Shown here: one piece after another, positions 11,704 to 21,469 of the stretch
Layout: each line of letters begins with the position of its first letter
Numbering within the stretch: the first letter of the stretch is position 1
Assembly (NCBI GenBank): GCA_036339495.1
Contig: JAYZAW010000088.1
Location: 4,588 to 68,587 of the forward strand
DNA length: 64,000 bases
Direction of reading: 5' to 3'
From: Pseudomonadota bacterium
GTDB taxonomy: Bacteria > Pseudomonadota > Alphaproteobacteria > MPNO01
Translations under genes and position numbers: made by a program
The notes under the pieces: generated by a model
Database searches by the model: none
Seen by the model: only the letters and a program-made list of their open reading frames with translations
What the model was told of the DNA's origin: nothing

Positions 11704-11733
11704 TGGTCCCGATTTGGACCGTGGGAGAGTGAC

Positions 11734-12930
11734 ATGAAGATCGACAAGGATGCCCAGGATTCATGGCGACCAAGGACACAGATGGTTCGCGGCGGATTGA
11801 ATCGTTCGGAATTCGGGGAAACCTCGGAAGCGATGTTCATGACCTCCGGCTATGTTTATGAAGCGGCGGAACAGGCGGAAGATGCCTTCAAGGATCGCGT
11901 CGACCGTTTCATCTATTCCCGGTTCAGCAATCCCACGGTCGATATGTTTCAGGACCGGTTGTGTCTGATCGAAAATGCCCCGGCGTGCCGCGCAACATCC
12001 ACCGGGATGGCGGCCGTATTCGCTTCCATGGCCTGTATGGTCAAGGCGGGCGATCATGTCGTTGGCTCGCGGGCTGTGTTTGGCTCCTGTCTTTATATTT
12101 TGACCGAAATTCTGCCGCGCTATGGTGTTGAGACCACCATCGTGGACGGGCTGGACCTAAATCAATGGCAAGAAGCGCTGAGCCGGCCCACCACCTGTGT
12201 GTTCATTGAGACGCCTTCCAATCCCGGGCTCGACATCATCGACATTGCCGCGGTGTCCGATTTGGCCCACGCGGCGGGCGCCAAAGTCGTGATCGACAAT
12301 GTATTTGCGAGTCCGGTACTGCAAAAGCCGTTGGAGCTGGGCGCCGATATTGTTGTCTATTCCGCAACAAAGCACATTGACGGCCAAGGCCGTTGCATGG
12401 GCGGCGCGATTTTGGGCACGGAAGATTACTGTGAAAACACATTGAAACCTTTCATGCGCCATACCGGACCTTCCATGAGCCCGTTCAATGCATGGGTCCT
12501 TCTAAAAGGGCTGGAAACCCTTGAATTGCGTGTCGAACAGCATTGTCGCAACGCTGCCAATGCCGCCGCATTTTTATCCGACCTGGAGGGGCTGACACGG
12601 GTGGTGTATCCAGGGCTTGAAAGCCACCCACAGCATGAACTCGCGAAAAAGCAAATGAAGGATTACGGCAACATCGTCACGTTCGACATTGACGGCGGCA
12701 AGGAACGATCATTCCGGTTCCTCAATGCGCTTCGCCTGATCGATATTTCAAATAATCTGGGAGACACCAAAAGCCTGGTAACCCATCCTGCGACCACTAC
12801 CCACCAACGCCTGTCGCCGGAAGATCGCGCGTCATTGGGCATTAGCGACAGTCTGGTACGGCTTTCCGTCGGGCTGGAGGATGTCGAAGACGTCAAGGAA
12901 GACATCTCACAGGCCCTCGCATCCGCTTAG
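11734..12930 (+). CDS. metZ: O-succinylhomoserine sulfhydrylase (Cys/Met-metabolism PLP enzyme family)
   Basis: 398 aa. Motifs are ...YSRFSNPTV...VVYSATKHIDGQG..., with the PLP-lysine in SATKH, in the cystathionine gamma-synthase/MetZ family. A GGGAGAG Shine-Dalgarno sequence precedes the ATG. Confidence 0.85.
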   Translation: MKIDKDAQDSWRPRTQMVRGGLNRSEFGETSEAMFMTSGYVYEAAEQAEDAFKDRVDRFIYSRFSNPTVDMFQDRLCLIENAPACRATSTGMAAVFASMACMVKAGDHVVGSRAVFGSCLYILTEILPRYGVETTIVDGLDLNQWQEALSRPTTCVFIETPSNPGLDIIDIAAVSDLAHAAGAKVVIDNVFASPVLQKPLELGADIVVYSATKHIDGQGRCMGGAILGTEDYCENTLKPFMRHTGPSMSPFNAWVLLKGLETLELRVEQHCRNAANAAAFLSDLEGLTRVVYPGLESHPQHELAKKQMKDYGNIVTFDIDGGKERSFRFLNALRLIDISNNLGDTKSLVTHPATTTHQRLSPEDRASLGISDSLVRLSVGLEDVEDVKEDISQALASA

Positions 12931-13056
12931 CCAAATTTCCAACATGCGTTGACTGTGGCCGCGAAGGATATAGGCTTATGCGGACGGACCGTTGGCAATG
13001 GCGTTGAGCGTCGTGAACGGCCGGCCCGACCCAGGTAATTTAGGAGGCCTGGCGCC

Positions 13057-13449
13057 ATGTACGCTGCAACGACCCAAAAAATATGTGTTTCGGTGGAACC
13101 GATCTATCTTGAGGATCAATCGTCGCCGGAGGACAGCCAATTCATGTGGGCCTACCATGTCCGTATCGATAATAGGGGCGTTCAGTCGGTCCAAGTGCTG
13201 AGCCGATACTGGCATATCACGGATTCGATCGGACGAATTCAAGAAGTACGTGGCGCGGGCGTTGTCGGCGAACAGCCGGTGGTCAAACCCGGTGGATCCT
13301 ATGAATACACGAGCGGGACGCCGCTACCGACGCCATCGGGCATCATGCTCGGGTCCTATGGGGTGAGAACGGCGGACGGCCAGCAGTTCGATATCGAAAT
13401 CCCGGCGTTTTCACTCGACAGCCCTTACCAATCGCATCAACTCAACTGA
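13057..13449 (+). CDS. apaG: ApaG (DUF525) protein
   Basis: 130 aa with ...FMWAYHVRIDNRG...YWHITDSIGRIQEVRGAGVVGEQP... matching the ApaG family. It is stand-alone, with no apaH. Confidence 0.85.
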   Translation: MYAATTQKICVSVEPIYLEDQSSPEDSQFMWAYHVRIDNRGVQSVQVLSRYWHITDSIGRIQEVRGAGVVGEQPVVKPGGSYEYTSGTPLPTPSGIMLGSYGVRTADGQQFDIEIPAFSLDSPYQSHQLN

Positions 13450-13489
13450 GTGATCGACCCGAGGCATTCTAGTTAAGGAGAATTCCGAA

Positions 13490-14128
13490 TTGTCATCCAC
13501 CAACAAGCCCAAGCTAACGACTATAAGTCCGGTAACGCGGCCTGACGCGGAATCCGCCCGGGAGGCCGTCAGAACATTACTCAGGTGGGCCGGCGACGAC
13601 CCGTCCCGGGAGGGCCTGGTTGATACGCCGGACCGGGTCGTACGCGCCTTTGGGGAATGGTTTTCCGGCTATGACGAAGACCCGGTTGACGTTCTTTCCA
13701 AGACCTTCGAAGAAGTCGAAGGTTATGATGAGATGGTCGTGCTGAGAAATATCGGTTTTACCTCGCATTGCGAACATCACATGGCGCCGATCATTGGCCG
13801 CGCCCATATCGGCTACCTACCGGCAAATCGCGTGGTCGGAATCAGTAAACTCGCGCGGGTCGTGGAGGTCTATGCCCGGCGGCTCCAGATACAGGAAAAA
13901 ATGACCGCCCAAATCGCCAATGCCGTGAATGACACACTGAAACCCATAGGGGTCGGCGTGGTGATTGAGGCATCTCACGGCTGTATGACGACCCGGGGAG
14001 TCAACAAATCCAATTCAAGCCTGATTACCAGCCGGATGATCGGAGGCTTCCGCGACAATCCTTCAACCAGACGGGAATTCCTGTCCGCCATTGGAAACCC
14101 GGTTTCAGGTCAGAATTTTGGCGCCTAA
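13490..14128 (+). CDS. folE: GTP cyclohydrolase I
   Basis: 212 aa with [22 protein letters not shown]...[13 protein letters not shown] signature. Confidence 0.92.
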   Translation: MSSTNKPKLTTISPVTRPDAESAREAVRTLLRWAGDDPSREGLVDTPDRVVRAFGEWFSGYDEDPVDVLSKTFEEVEGYDEMVVLRNIGFTSHCEHHMAPIIGRAHIGYLPANRVVGISKLARVVEVYARRLQIQEKMTAQIANAVNDTLKPIGVGVVIEASHGCMTTRGVNKSNSSLITSRMIGGFRDNPSTRREFLSAIGNPVSGQNFGA

Positions 14129-14154
14129 ATCGGCCTCAAGGGTGCGACCGTAAT

Positions 14155-15603
14155 TTGCTTGATCTTCGCCCCATATTCTTTGTTGTCGGCGTATTGCTGA
14201 CCACCCTGGCCGCCGCCATGTGTGCGCCGCTGATCGTTGACGCGATCGATGGAAATCTCGATTGGAAAGTGTTCGCGGCATCGGCGGGATTGACGTTGTT
14301 TGTCGGCGTCACGATGACATTGACATGCCGATCATCCTGGACCCGCTTCAGTATTCGGCAGGCATTTATTCTGACTACCGCGAGCTGGCTGGTGCTCACC
14401 ATGTTCGCCGCCCTACCTTTCGCCTTCGCGGGGCTGGGGCTAAGCTATACCGACGCTTTTTTTGAAGCAATGTCGGGAATAACCACCACCGGCTCAACGG
14501 TCATGACGGGGCTCGATAACGCGCCCCATGGCATTTTGCTGTGGCGTTCCCTGCTGCAGTGGCTCGGCGGCATCGGCATCATCGTCATGGCTGTCGCGAT
14601 TTTGCCGGCATTGCAGATCGGCGGAATGCAGCTGTTTCGCATGGAATCGTCAGACCGCTCGGAAAAGGTCATGCCGCGTGTTGCCCAAATAGCGAGCGGC
14701 ATCGGTTTCATCTATCTCGGTTTGACGGCGATATGCGCTCTCGCGCTCTGGAGTTCGGGCTTCAGCGGCTTTGACGCCATCGCCCATGCGATGACCACCA
14801 TTGCAACGGGCGGGTTTTCGACCTCGGACGGATCCATCGGTGGTTTCGGCAACGTAAACGCGGAAGTTATCATCACCATTTTCATGATCGTCGGCGGCTT
14901 GCCCTTTGTCCTCTATCTCCAGGCGGTCCGCGGCAATCCCATGGCTATCCTTCGCGACAGCCAGGTTAGGTGGTTCATCACCTTTGTGGCGCTTTGCATC
15001 GTCATTACGGTGTTGTGGTTATACACCACCCACGATGGGAGCATTTTAAGCGCGCTCCGGTATGTATCGTTCAATGTGGTCTCAATCATTACTGGAACCG
15101 GGTATACGTCGGCCGATTATGGCTCCTGGGGCGGATTCGCCATGGGGATCTTTTTTTTCATCATGTTTATCGGCGGCTGCGCCGGCTCAACCACATGCGG
15201 AATCAAGGTCTTCCGGTTCCAGGTTCTGTACGCCACCGCGGAAACCCAGATCCGGCGCCTGATCCAACCGCACGGCGTTTTCGTGGCGCATTTCAATCAG
15301 CGCCCAATTTCGGAAGAAGTCGCTGGATCGGTCATGAGTTTTTTCTATCTGTTTGTCATCAGCTTCATGGTGTTGACGCTCTTGCTGAGCATGATCGGGC
15401 TTGATTTCGTCACCGCGGTTTCAGGAGCCGCGACGGCAATTTGCAATGTGGGCCCGGCGCTTGGAGATATTATTGGCCCCATGGGAAACTTCGGAACGCT
15501 TCCCGACGCCGCCAAATGGGTGCTTTCCGCCGGAATGCTGCTGGGCCGCCTGGAATTGTTTACGGTGCTGATCCTGTTTGCGCCCTCATTCTGGAAAGGT
15601 TGA
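14155..15603 (+). CDS. trkH: TrkH-family K+ uptake permease
   Basis: 482 aa polytopic protein with repeated MSGITTTGST / TTIATGGFS selectivity-filter-like motifs of TrkH/KtrB. Confidence 0.88.
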   Translation: MLDLRPIFFVVGVLLTTLAAAMCAPLIVDAIDGNLDWKVFAASAGLTLFVGVTMTLTCRSSWTRFSIRQAFILTTASWLVLTMFAALPFAFAGLGLSYTDAFFEAMSGITTTGSTVMTGLDNAPHGILLWRSLLQWLGGIGIIVMAVAILPALQIGGMQLFRMESSDRSEKVMPRVAQIASGIGFIYLGLTAICALALWSSGFSGFDAIAHAMTTIATGGFSTSDGSIGGFGNVNAEVIITIFMIVGGLPFVLYLQAVRGNPMAILRDSQVRWFITFVALCIVITVLWLYTTHDGSILSALRYVSFNVVSIITGTGYTSADYGSWGGFAMGIFFFIMFIGGCAGSTTCGIKVFRFQVLYATAETQIRRLIQPHGVFVAHFNQRPISEEVAGSVMSFFYLFVISFMVLTLLLSMIGLDFVTAVSGAATAICNVGPALGDIIGPMGNFGTLPDAAKWVLSAGMLLGRLELFTVLILFAPSFWKG

Positions 15604-15615
15604 ACCGGGAAAGCC

Positions 15616-16785
15616 ATGGCTGGAATTGCAATTGAAGCCACCGAATGGATCGAACGGTTGATCGGTTTTGACACCGTGTCGGCCAATCCCAACATGCCAC
15701 TTGTGGAAGACGTGGCGAATTATCTCGACGGATTCAATATTCCGGCAAAACTAATCCCCGACGACACCGGTTCAAAAGCAAATCTATTTGCCACCATTGG
15801 CGCCGATACAGACTTCGCGGAAGGCATCGTGCTGTCGGGCCATACGGACGTTGTCCCCGTGGCAGGGCAACCCTGGGATAGCGATCCGTTTCAAATGATG
15901 GAAATGAATGGCCGGATCTATGGCCGCGGCTCGGCCGACATGAAAGGCTTCATTGGCTGCGTCCTCGCCATGATCCCGGAATTGGCGGCGCGCAATCTTT
16001 CCATGCCGGTTCACCTCGCCCTATCTTATGATGAGGAAGTCGGCTGTATCGGTATCCGCCATTTGATCGGCCTGATCGGCACGGAATTGCCCCGCCCGAA
16101 ACTGGTCATCGTGGGCGAACCCACCGGCATGAATGTGTTCGACGCTCATAAAGGCATTTCCCAACAAAGCACCACGGTCACCGGGCTTGACGCACATTCA
16201 AGCCGGCCCGGTGAGGGCGTCAATGCGGTCGCATTCGCCGCTGAAATCATTGGCTTCATCAGTCGGCTCGCATTGGAATATGCCGCGGCAACGCACGATG
16301 ATGGCCGCTTCGACCCACCCGGCACTACCTTCAATATTGGAACCATCGAAGGCGGAACGGCCGTCAACATCATCGCGCGGGAATGTACCTTCAAATGGGA
16401 GTTTCGTCCAACTCCGGGAACCGACCCGCAGGCTATACTGAAACGGGTAGAAGCATATATCGACAGCGAAATCCTTCCTCGGATGCATGCTGTCGACCGC
16501 AATGCCAGTGTCCGGACCACAGTCAATGTTACCGCGCCGACGCTCGAATCCGACTCCGAATCGCTGGCCGTTCAGTTTGTCCTCCGTCTGGCGGGCGCAA
16601 ACCAGACGGGCGCCGCGTCTTATGTCTGTGAAGCCGGGTTGTTTGCGGAAGCTGGTATTCCGGCGGTTATTTGCGGGCCCGGGAACATCGCCCAGGCGCA
16701 TAAACCGAACGAATTTGTCGATTTGAGACAGATCAATGCATGTTCGAATTTTTTGTCGAACCTGATGGACAATCTGTCGAATTAG
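15616..16785 (+). CDS. argE: Acetylornithine deacetylase (M20 peptidase family)
   Basis: 389 aa with SGHTDVVPVAGQPWDSDPF and RGSADMKG motifs of ArgE. Other arginine-pathway genes, argF and argD, lie nearby. Confidence 0.8.
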   Translation: MAGIAIEATEWIERLIGFDTVSANPNMPLVEDVANYLDGFNIPAKLIPDDTGSKANLFATIGADTDFAEGIVLSGHTDVVPVAGQPWDSDPFQMMEMNGRIYGRGSADMKGFIGCVLAMIPELAARNLSMPVHLALSYDEEVGCIGIRHLIGLIGTELPRPKLVIVGEPTGMNVFDAHKGISQQSTTVTGLDAHSSRPGEGVNAVAFAAEIIGFISRLALEYAAATHDDGRFDPPGTTFNIGTIEGGTAVNIIARECTFKWEFRPTPGTDPQAILKRVEAYIDSEILPRMHAVDRNASVRTTVNVTAPTLESDSESLAVQFVLRLAGANQTGAASYVCEAGLFAEAGIPAVICGPGNIAQAHKPNEFVDLRQINACSNFLSNLMDNLSN

Positions 16786-16790
16786 CCGGT

Positions 16791-17393
16791 TTACCGCGAT
16801 GAAGACCGAAAATGCTTTTTGATCTGGATTTCCAGTGAAGCATTGATATCGTTCATCATGGCTTCCACCATGTCAAACCAGGTTTTCTCGCGGTCATACA
16901 GAGAAATATTCTCTGGAACCGATTTTGATCGCTGCGCACGCGATACGACCGCGCCCGATTGCCGACCTTCGCCATCCAGAATTGCGATGGCGATTTCGAT
17001 CACGCCGTCATACCGTTCCGCCTGATCGGTCGTCAGCATGGCGCGTACGCCGGTACTGCGCGCCAGCGGCACTTCGACAACGCTCGCCCGGCGAATGGTG
17101 ACCCGCGCGGTCCCCGAAGCGCCGACGGGTTTGAGCCGCTCGCGGCTCCAACGTTCGGCCGCCGCCTGTGGTTTGACGGGAAACAGATGCTCCACGTTGG
17201 GCGCGACACCGGTCGATCTATACTCGCTGACGATTTTTATCTGGGCGACATCAAGCTTGATGGGCTCCAGATGGGCATAAGACAGCTGTGGAAAGCCGCT
17301 CGGCGGCGGCGGCGTTTCGCAACCCGAAAGCATTGCAATCGCGACAACTGCCACAAACAAGTTCTTCGGCCGCAACATTTCAATCATCTCCAT
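16791..17393 (-). CDS. Hypothetical lipoprotein
   Basis: Lipobox AIAMLSGC. With the likely start at MLRPKN (17378), the Cys falls at about position 20. No enzymatic motif was recognised. Confidence 0.55.
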   Translation of the reverse strand: MEMIEMLRPKNLFVAVVAIAMLSGCETPPPPSGFPQLSYAHLEPIKLDVAQIKIVSEYRSTGVAPNVEHLFPVKPQAAAERWSRERLKPVGASGTARVTIRRASVVEVPLARSTGVRAMLTTDQAERYDGVIEIAIAILDGEGRQSGAVVSRAQRSKSVPENISLYDREKTWFDMVEAMMNDINASLEIQIKKHFRSSSR

Positions 17394-17438
17394 ACCTCTT
17401 TAAGCCCGGCAAATTTTTGCATATCGGGTGGGACTTAT

Positions 17439-18386
17439 TCAAGACGCGTAAATGCCGTCCAGATCCATCGGGGCGAAATTATAGTCGAGACCACAGAATT
17501 CGCAGGTGACGATCACCATGTCGTCGACGGTCATCTGTTCGATTTCGGCCCTGGGGAATGACCTTAACATGCCGACGACCTTGTCCTGCGTGCAGCGGCA
17601 AAACATGACCAGCGGGTTCGGTTCAAAAACTCGCACGCCGTCTTCATGAAACAAGCGATATAGAAGCTCATGCGGGTGGAGCGCAGCATCGAGCAATTCC
17701 TCCTCGCTCGTTGAACTCATCAATGCAACCGCGCTCACCCAATCATCTTCGTCATCGTCATCCCGTGCTTCACCCGACAGCAGGCTTCGGCCCTTATTCG
17801 GTAACCGTTGTATCATCACGCCGCCGGCGCGCCACGCGGACTCAGCCGATTCCACGGGGACACGGCCGGCCGCCAGAAGGACCACTGCGTCCAGCTGTTC
17901 AGATTGTCGGATGTAGTTATGGGCGCTTTCCGCCAACCGAGCTCCGGTAAGTTCGACAATGCCTTGAAATCGTTCCGTATCGGGCCCTTGATCGACAGTA
18001 AATGCGAGATGACCGGAGCCCAGCAGACGCGGGACCGGACTTGCGCGCCAATCAACGGGATCATCCTTGCCCGCAACAGCCCGAAGCCGTTCGTCATCGA
18101 ATTGGGCATAACCCCGCATTTTGCCATCCGTGGTGATATCAACCACGAGTGTCCCTACCGGACCGTCGCCCTTCGCCTGGACCGAAAACACGCCATCGAA
18201 TTTCAGCGCGCCCGAGATCAAAGCGGCAAGCGCCAGCAATTCGCCCAGCAATGAAGCGACCGGTTCAGGATAATCATGGTTGCCAAGCACGTCCTCGACA
18301 ACTTTTCCCAACCGCACCGTGCGGCCTCTTGCGGCAATTTTTTCAAGCTGAAATGGCTGAACAAGATTATCGGTTATAGACGCCAT
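17439..18386 (-). CDS. hslO: Redox-regulated chaperone Hsp33
   Basis: 315 aa. The C-terminal zinc centre CRC...CEFC (FCRCTQDKV...VTCEFCGLDY) and the N-terminal Hsp33 fold sequence are present. Confidence 0.87.
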   Translation of the reverse strand: MASITDNLVQPFQLEKIAARGRTVRLGKVVEDVLGNHDYPEPVASLLGELLALAALISGALKFDGVFSVQAKGDGPVGTLVVDITTDGKMRGYAQFDDERLRAVAGKDDPVDWRASPVPRLLGSGHLAFTVDQGPDTERFQGIVELTGARLAESAHNYIRQSEQLDAVVLLAAGRVPVESAESAWRAGGVMIQRLPNKGRSLLSGEARDDDDEDDWVSAVALMSSTSEEELLDAALHPHELLYRLFHEDGVRVFEPNPLVMFCRCTQDKVVGMLRSFPRAEIEQMTVDDMVIVTCEFCGLDYNFAPMDLDGIYAS

Positions 18387-18399
18387 GAGACTTCACGTT

Positions 18400-19311
18400 T
18401 TAACCCAGACACCAAGTCAATATAGCCTTTTGCGCATGCAAACGATTTTCCGCCTCATCCCAGACCACGGATTGCAGGCCATCCATAACAGATTCCGATA
18501 CTTCTTCATCGCGATGCGCTGGTAGGCAATGCATGAACAACGCGTCCGGTTTTGCCGCCACCATCAACCTGTCGTCCACGCAATAAGGGGCCAAAATTTT
18601 CCGTCGTCGATCCGCCGCTTCATCACCCATGGAAACCCAGGTGTCGGTGACCACGCAATCCGCCCCGGAAGCTGCTGCCAATGGGTCCTTCGTACAGGTA
18701 ATTGCGCCGCCATTTTCCCGCGCCCAATCCAGGACATCCTGGGACGGGGAAAATTCATTTGGACAGGCCAGTCTAATCTCAAATCCGAATTTGACGGCCG
18801 CCTGAATCCAGGTGGTGGCCATGTTGTTTCCATCGCCCGACCACGCGACGATCTTTCCCGCGATAGGCCCCCGATGCTCTTCGAAGGTCATCACATCGGC
18901 CATCAATTGACACGGGTGAGAGTGATTGGTTAACCCATTGATCACGGGCACGGTTGCGTATTCAGCCAGGTCTCGCAAGTTACCGGCGTTTGTGGTCCGC
19001 ATCATCACCACGTCGACATATCGCGACAAAACCCGCGCCGTATCGGCTATGGTTTCGCCGCGGCCGATTTGCATTTCCGTCGGCGTCAGCACGACGACCG
19101 AACCGCCGAGTTGCTTCATCCCCACTTCGAAGGACACCCGGGTCCGGGTCGACGGTTTTTCGAAAATCATCGCAAGCGTTTTCCCGGCGAGCCCGCCTGG
19201 CGGCGGCGCAGTGGCGTCGCCGCGCTTAAATGCCGCGCCGAGGTCAACAATCTGGCGCAGCGTATCGGCCTCTAGGGCGGCCAGATCGAGGAAGTGCCGT
19301 GGGTGTGTCAC
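18400..19311 (-). CDS. argF: Ornithine carbamoyltransferase
   Basis: 303 aa with [16 protein letters not shown] and [11 protein letters not shown] motifs. Confidence 0.93.
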   Translation of the reverse strand: MTHPRHFLDLAALEADTLRQIVDLGAAFKRGDATAPPPGGLAGKTLAMIFEKPSTRTRVSFEVGMKQLGGSVVVLTPTEMQIGRGETIADTARVLSRYVDVVMMRTTNAGNLRDLAEYATVPVINGLTNHSHPCQLMADVMTFEEHRGPIAGKIVAWSGDGNNMATTWIQAAVKFGFEIRLACPNEFSPSQDVLDWARENGGAITCTKDPLAAASGADCVVTDTWVSMGDEAADRRRKILAPYCVDDRLMVAAKPDALFMHCLPAHRDEEVSESVMDGLQSVVWDEAENRLHAQKAILTWCLG

Positions 19312-20480
19312 CCTTCAAGCTCCACGCAGGATTTCTCCAGGATCTGGCACGCCTCATCCACATGGGATTGTTCAGCGATCAACGCGGGCACCATGCGCAC
19401 AACATTATCGGCGGCGAGCACCGTCAACAAGCCATGCTCGGTCAGCTTCGCGCCGAGTTCCGCGTTTGGAACAACGCATTTCATGCCCCACATCAGACCA
19501 GTCCCACGTATGGTTTCAAGAACCTTGGGGTGGCGTTGCGTGATGTCATTCATTTGCCTGCCAAGCTCGGCGCCAGTTTTCCGCGCTTGATCAAGAAATC
19601 CGTCTCCAAGCACGATGTCGAGCACCGCATTGGCGACCGCCATGGCCAGCGGATTGCCGCCAAATGTACTGCCATGGGTGCCCGCGACTATTCCAAGCGC
19701 CGCGCTTTCGGTCGCTAGGCACGCGCCGATGGGAAAGCCGCCTCCAAGGCCCTTGGCGACCGCCATCACGTCGGGCGTGACGCCCGAATGTTCATGGGCG
19801 AACAACTTGCCGGTCCGGCCCATGCCGCACTGGACCTCGTCATAGATCAACAACAGGCCGAATTCATCGCAGGCGTCCCTCAACCCCTGCAGAAATTCGG
19901 TACTGGCGGGGAAAATGCCTCCTTCGCCCTGCACCGGTTCGACAAGAATGGCCGCGGTTTCTTCGGAAATCGCGTCACGCAATTTATTGAGATTTCCGAA
20001 GGGAACATGGTCGAAGCCCTCGACCATCGGTCCGAATCCCTTTTTATGCGCCGGATTGGCGCCCGCTGAAACGGTGGTCAGGGTCCTGCCGTGAAAGCTG
20101 CCTTCAAAGGCGATAACCCGATAGCGCCCTTCCCGCCCGGAATCCGAATGAAATTTGCGCGCGAGCTTGAGACTGGCCTCGACCGCCTCGGCGCCCGAAT
20201 TGCAGAAGAACATCGTGTCGGCGAAGCTGTTGGCGACCAACCGATCAGCGAGCCGTTCCTGTTGCGGAATGCGATAGAGATTGGATGTATGCCAAAGTTT
20301 CTCAGCCTGGCCGACCAGCGCCTGGACCAAATGCGGATGGCTGTGGCCCAACAAGGTAACCGCAATTCCGCCACCGAAATCGAGGAAGCGCCGACCGTCG
20401 GTCGTGTACAGATCGAGACCTTCACCCCGTTCGAAAGCAAGCTCCGGCTGTCCGTAACTCGGCATAATTGCTGGAATCAT
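19308..20480 (-). CDS. argD: Acetylornithine aminotransferase (class III PLP aminotransferase)
   Basis: 390 aa with ...[18 protein letters not shown]...GGGFP... motifs. It has a 4-nt overlap with argF. Confidence 0.9.
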   Translation of the reverse strand: MIPAIMPSYGQPELAFERGEGLDLYTTDGRRFLDFGGGIAVTLLGHSHPHLVQALVGQAEKLWHTSNLYRIPQQERLADRLVANSFADTMFFCNSGAEAVEASLKLARKFHSDSGREGRYRVIAFEGSFHGRTLTTVSAGANPAHKKGFGPMVEGFDHVPFGNLNKLRDAISEETAAILVEPVQGEGGIFPASTEFLQGLRDACDEFGLLLIYDEVQCGMGRTGKLFAHEHSGVTPDVMAVAKGLGGGFPIGACLATESAALGIVAGTHGSTFGGNPLAMAVANAVLDIVLGDGFLDQARKTGAELGRQMNDITQRHPKVLETIRGTGLMWGMKCVVPNAELGAKLTEHGLLTVLAADNVVRMVPALIAEQSHVDEACQILEKSCVELEG

Positions 20481-20580
20481 GATCGCCTCCCCGTCACCGC
20501 CAAATCACGGCAAGTGATTGGTTCCATATGAAAAAAGGCGGCGAGTATGTTGCGCGCGGCAATGGCTGTCAATGTATAGA

Positions 20581-20620
20581 GCATAGTCCGGTCATATAGG
20601 ATCATTTGACCGGACTATGC
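20581..20620. promoter_or_regulatory. Perfect 13-bp inverted repeat (gcatagtccggtc N14 gaccggactatgc): candidate operator or terminator hairpin
   Basis: The two arms are exact reverse complements of each other. It lies 16 nt past the ABC-2 permease stop and about 100-140 nt upstream of argD, and no T-tract follows immediately. Confidence 0.45.
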
Positions 20621-20635
20621 CATGGCCGAAGGGGT

Positions 20636-21469
20636 TTAGCTCTTGAGCTTGTAACCGCTGGCAAACATCCAGTGGCAGGCCAACCAAAGCGCAATATCGA
20701 CCGTCAGCACCACGATTACGCCGGCGATCAGAGAGCCGTCATGATGGCCGATAAAGCCGTATCGGAACCCATCGATCAGATAGAAAAACGGGTTGAACAT
20801 CGCGACGTCCCGCCACATTTCCGGCAGACGGTCGATTGAATAGAACGTTCCGGAAAGAAACGACAGGGGCGTCACCAGAAAATTAGTGATCGACGCAATA
20901 TGATCGTATTTTTCGGTCCAAATCGCCGTCATGAGGCCAAGCAAGGACAGCATGATGGGTGCGCCGGCGGCATGGAACAGCACCAGCCAGATATCGTGGA
21001 TATGAAGCGGAACGAATATTGAGGCCGCGAACCCAACACAGGCCGCGACCAGAATGCCGCGGGTCGCGCCGCCGAGACCAAATCCCAGGGTCAACTCCAC
21101 TGGTGCCATTGGCGGCATCAGCATATCGACGATGTTGCCCTGTATCTTCGACATCATGACCGACGACGTCGTGTTGGCGAAAGAATTTTGTATGATTGCC
21201 ATCATGATCAGACCGGGCGCCAGGAACTCGGTGAACGGCACGCCGCCGAGTTCCCGCACCGCGCCACCCAGCGCCAGCGAAAATACCGCCATGAACAGCA
21301 GCGTCGTCACCACCGGCGCCAACAAGGTTTGCAATCCGACTTTGGCGAAACGCCGGACCTCTTTCTCGTAATGGGTCCACGTGCCCAGCCAGTTTACGGC
21401 GCCAATGATCCGAGGTTCCGGGGGTTGCCCGCCCGCTGGACGTTCTGCATGCTTTTGATCAGTCGCCAT
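20636..21469 (-). CDS. ABC-2 type transporter permease (NodJ/YadH-like), with no ATPase partner nearby
   Basis: I chose the start at ATG complement 21467-21469 (MATDQKH...). The longer ORF-track start overlaps the upstream gene by more than 200 nt. It is a 6-TM ABC-2 permease fold and overlaps the MscK-like stop by 11 nt. Confidence 0.75.
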   Translation of the reverse strand: MATDQKHAERPAGGQPPEPRIIGAVNWLGTWTHYEKEVRRFAKVGLQTLLAPVVTTLLFMAVFSLALGGAVRELGGVPFTEFLAPGLIMMAIIQNSFANTTSSVMMSKIQGNIVDMLMPPMAPVELTLGFGLGGATRGILVAACVGFAASIFVPLHIHDIWLVLFHAAGAPIMLSLLGLMTAIWTEKYDHIASITNFLVTPLSFLSGTFYSIDRLPEMWRDVAMFNPFFYLIDGFRYGFIGHHDGSLIAGVIVVLTVDIALWLACHWMFASGYKLKS

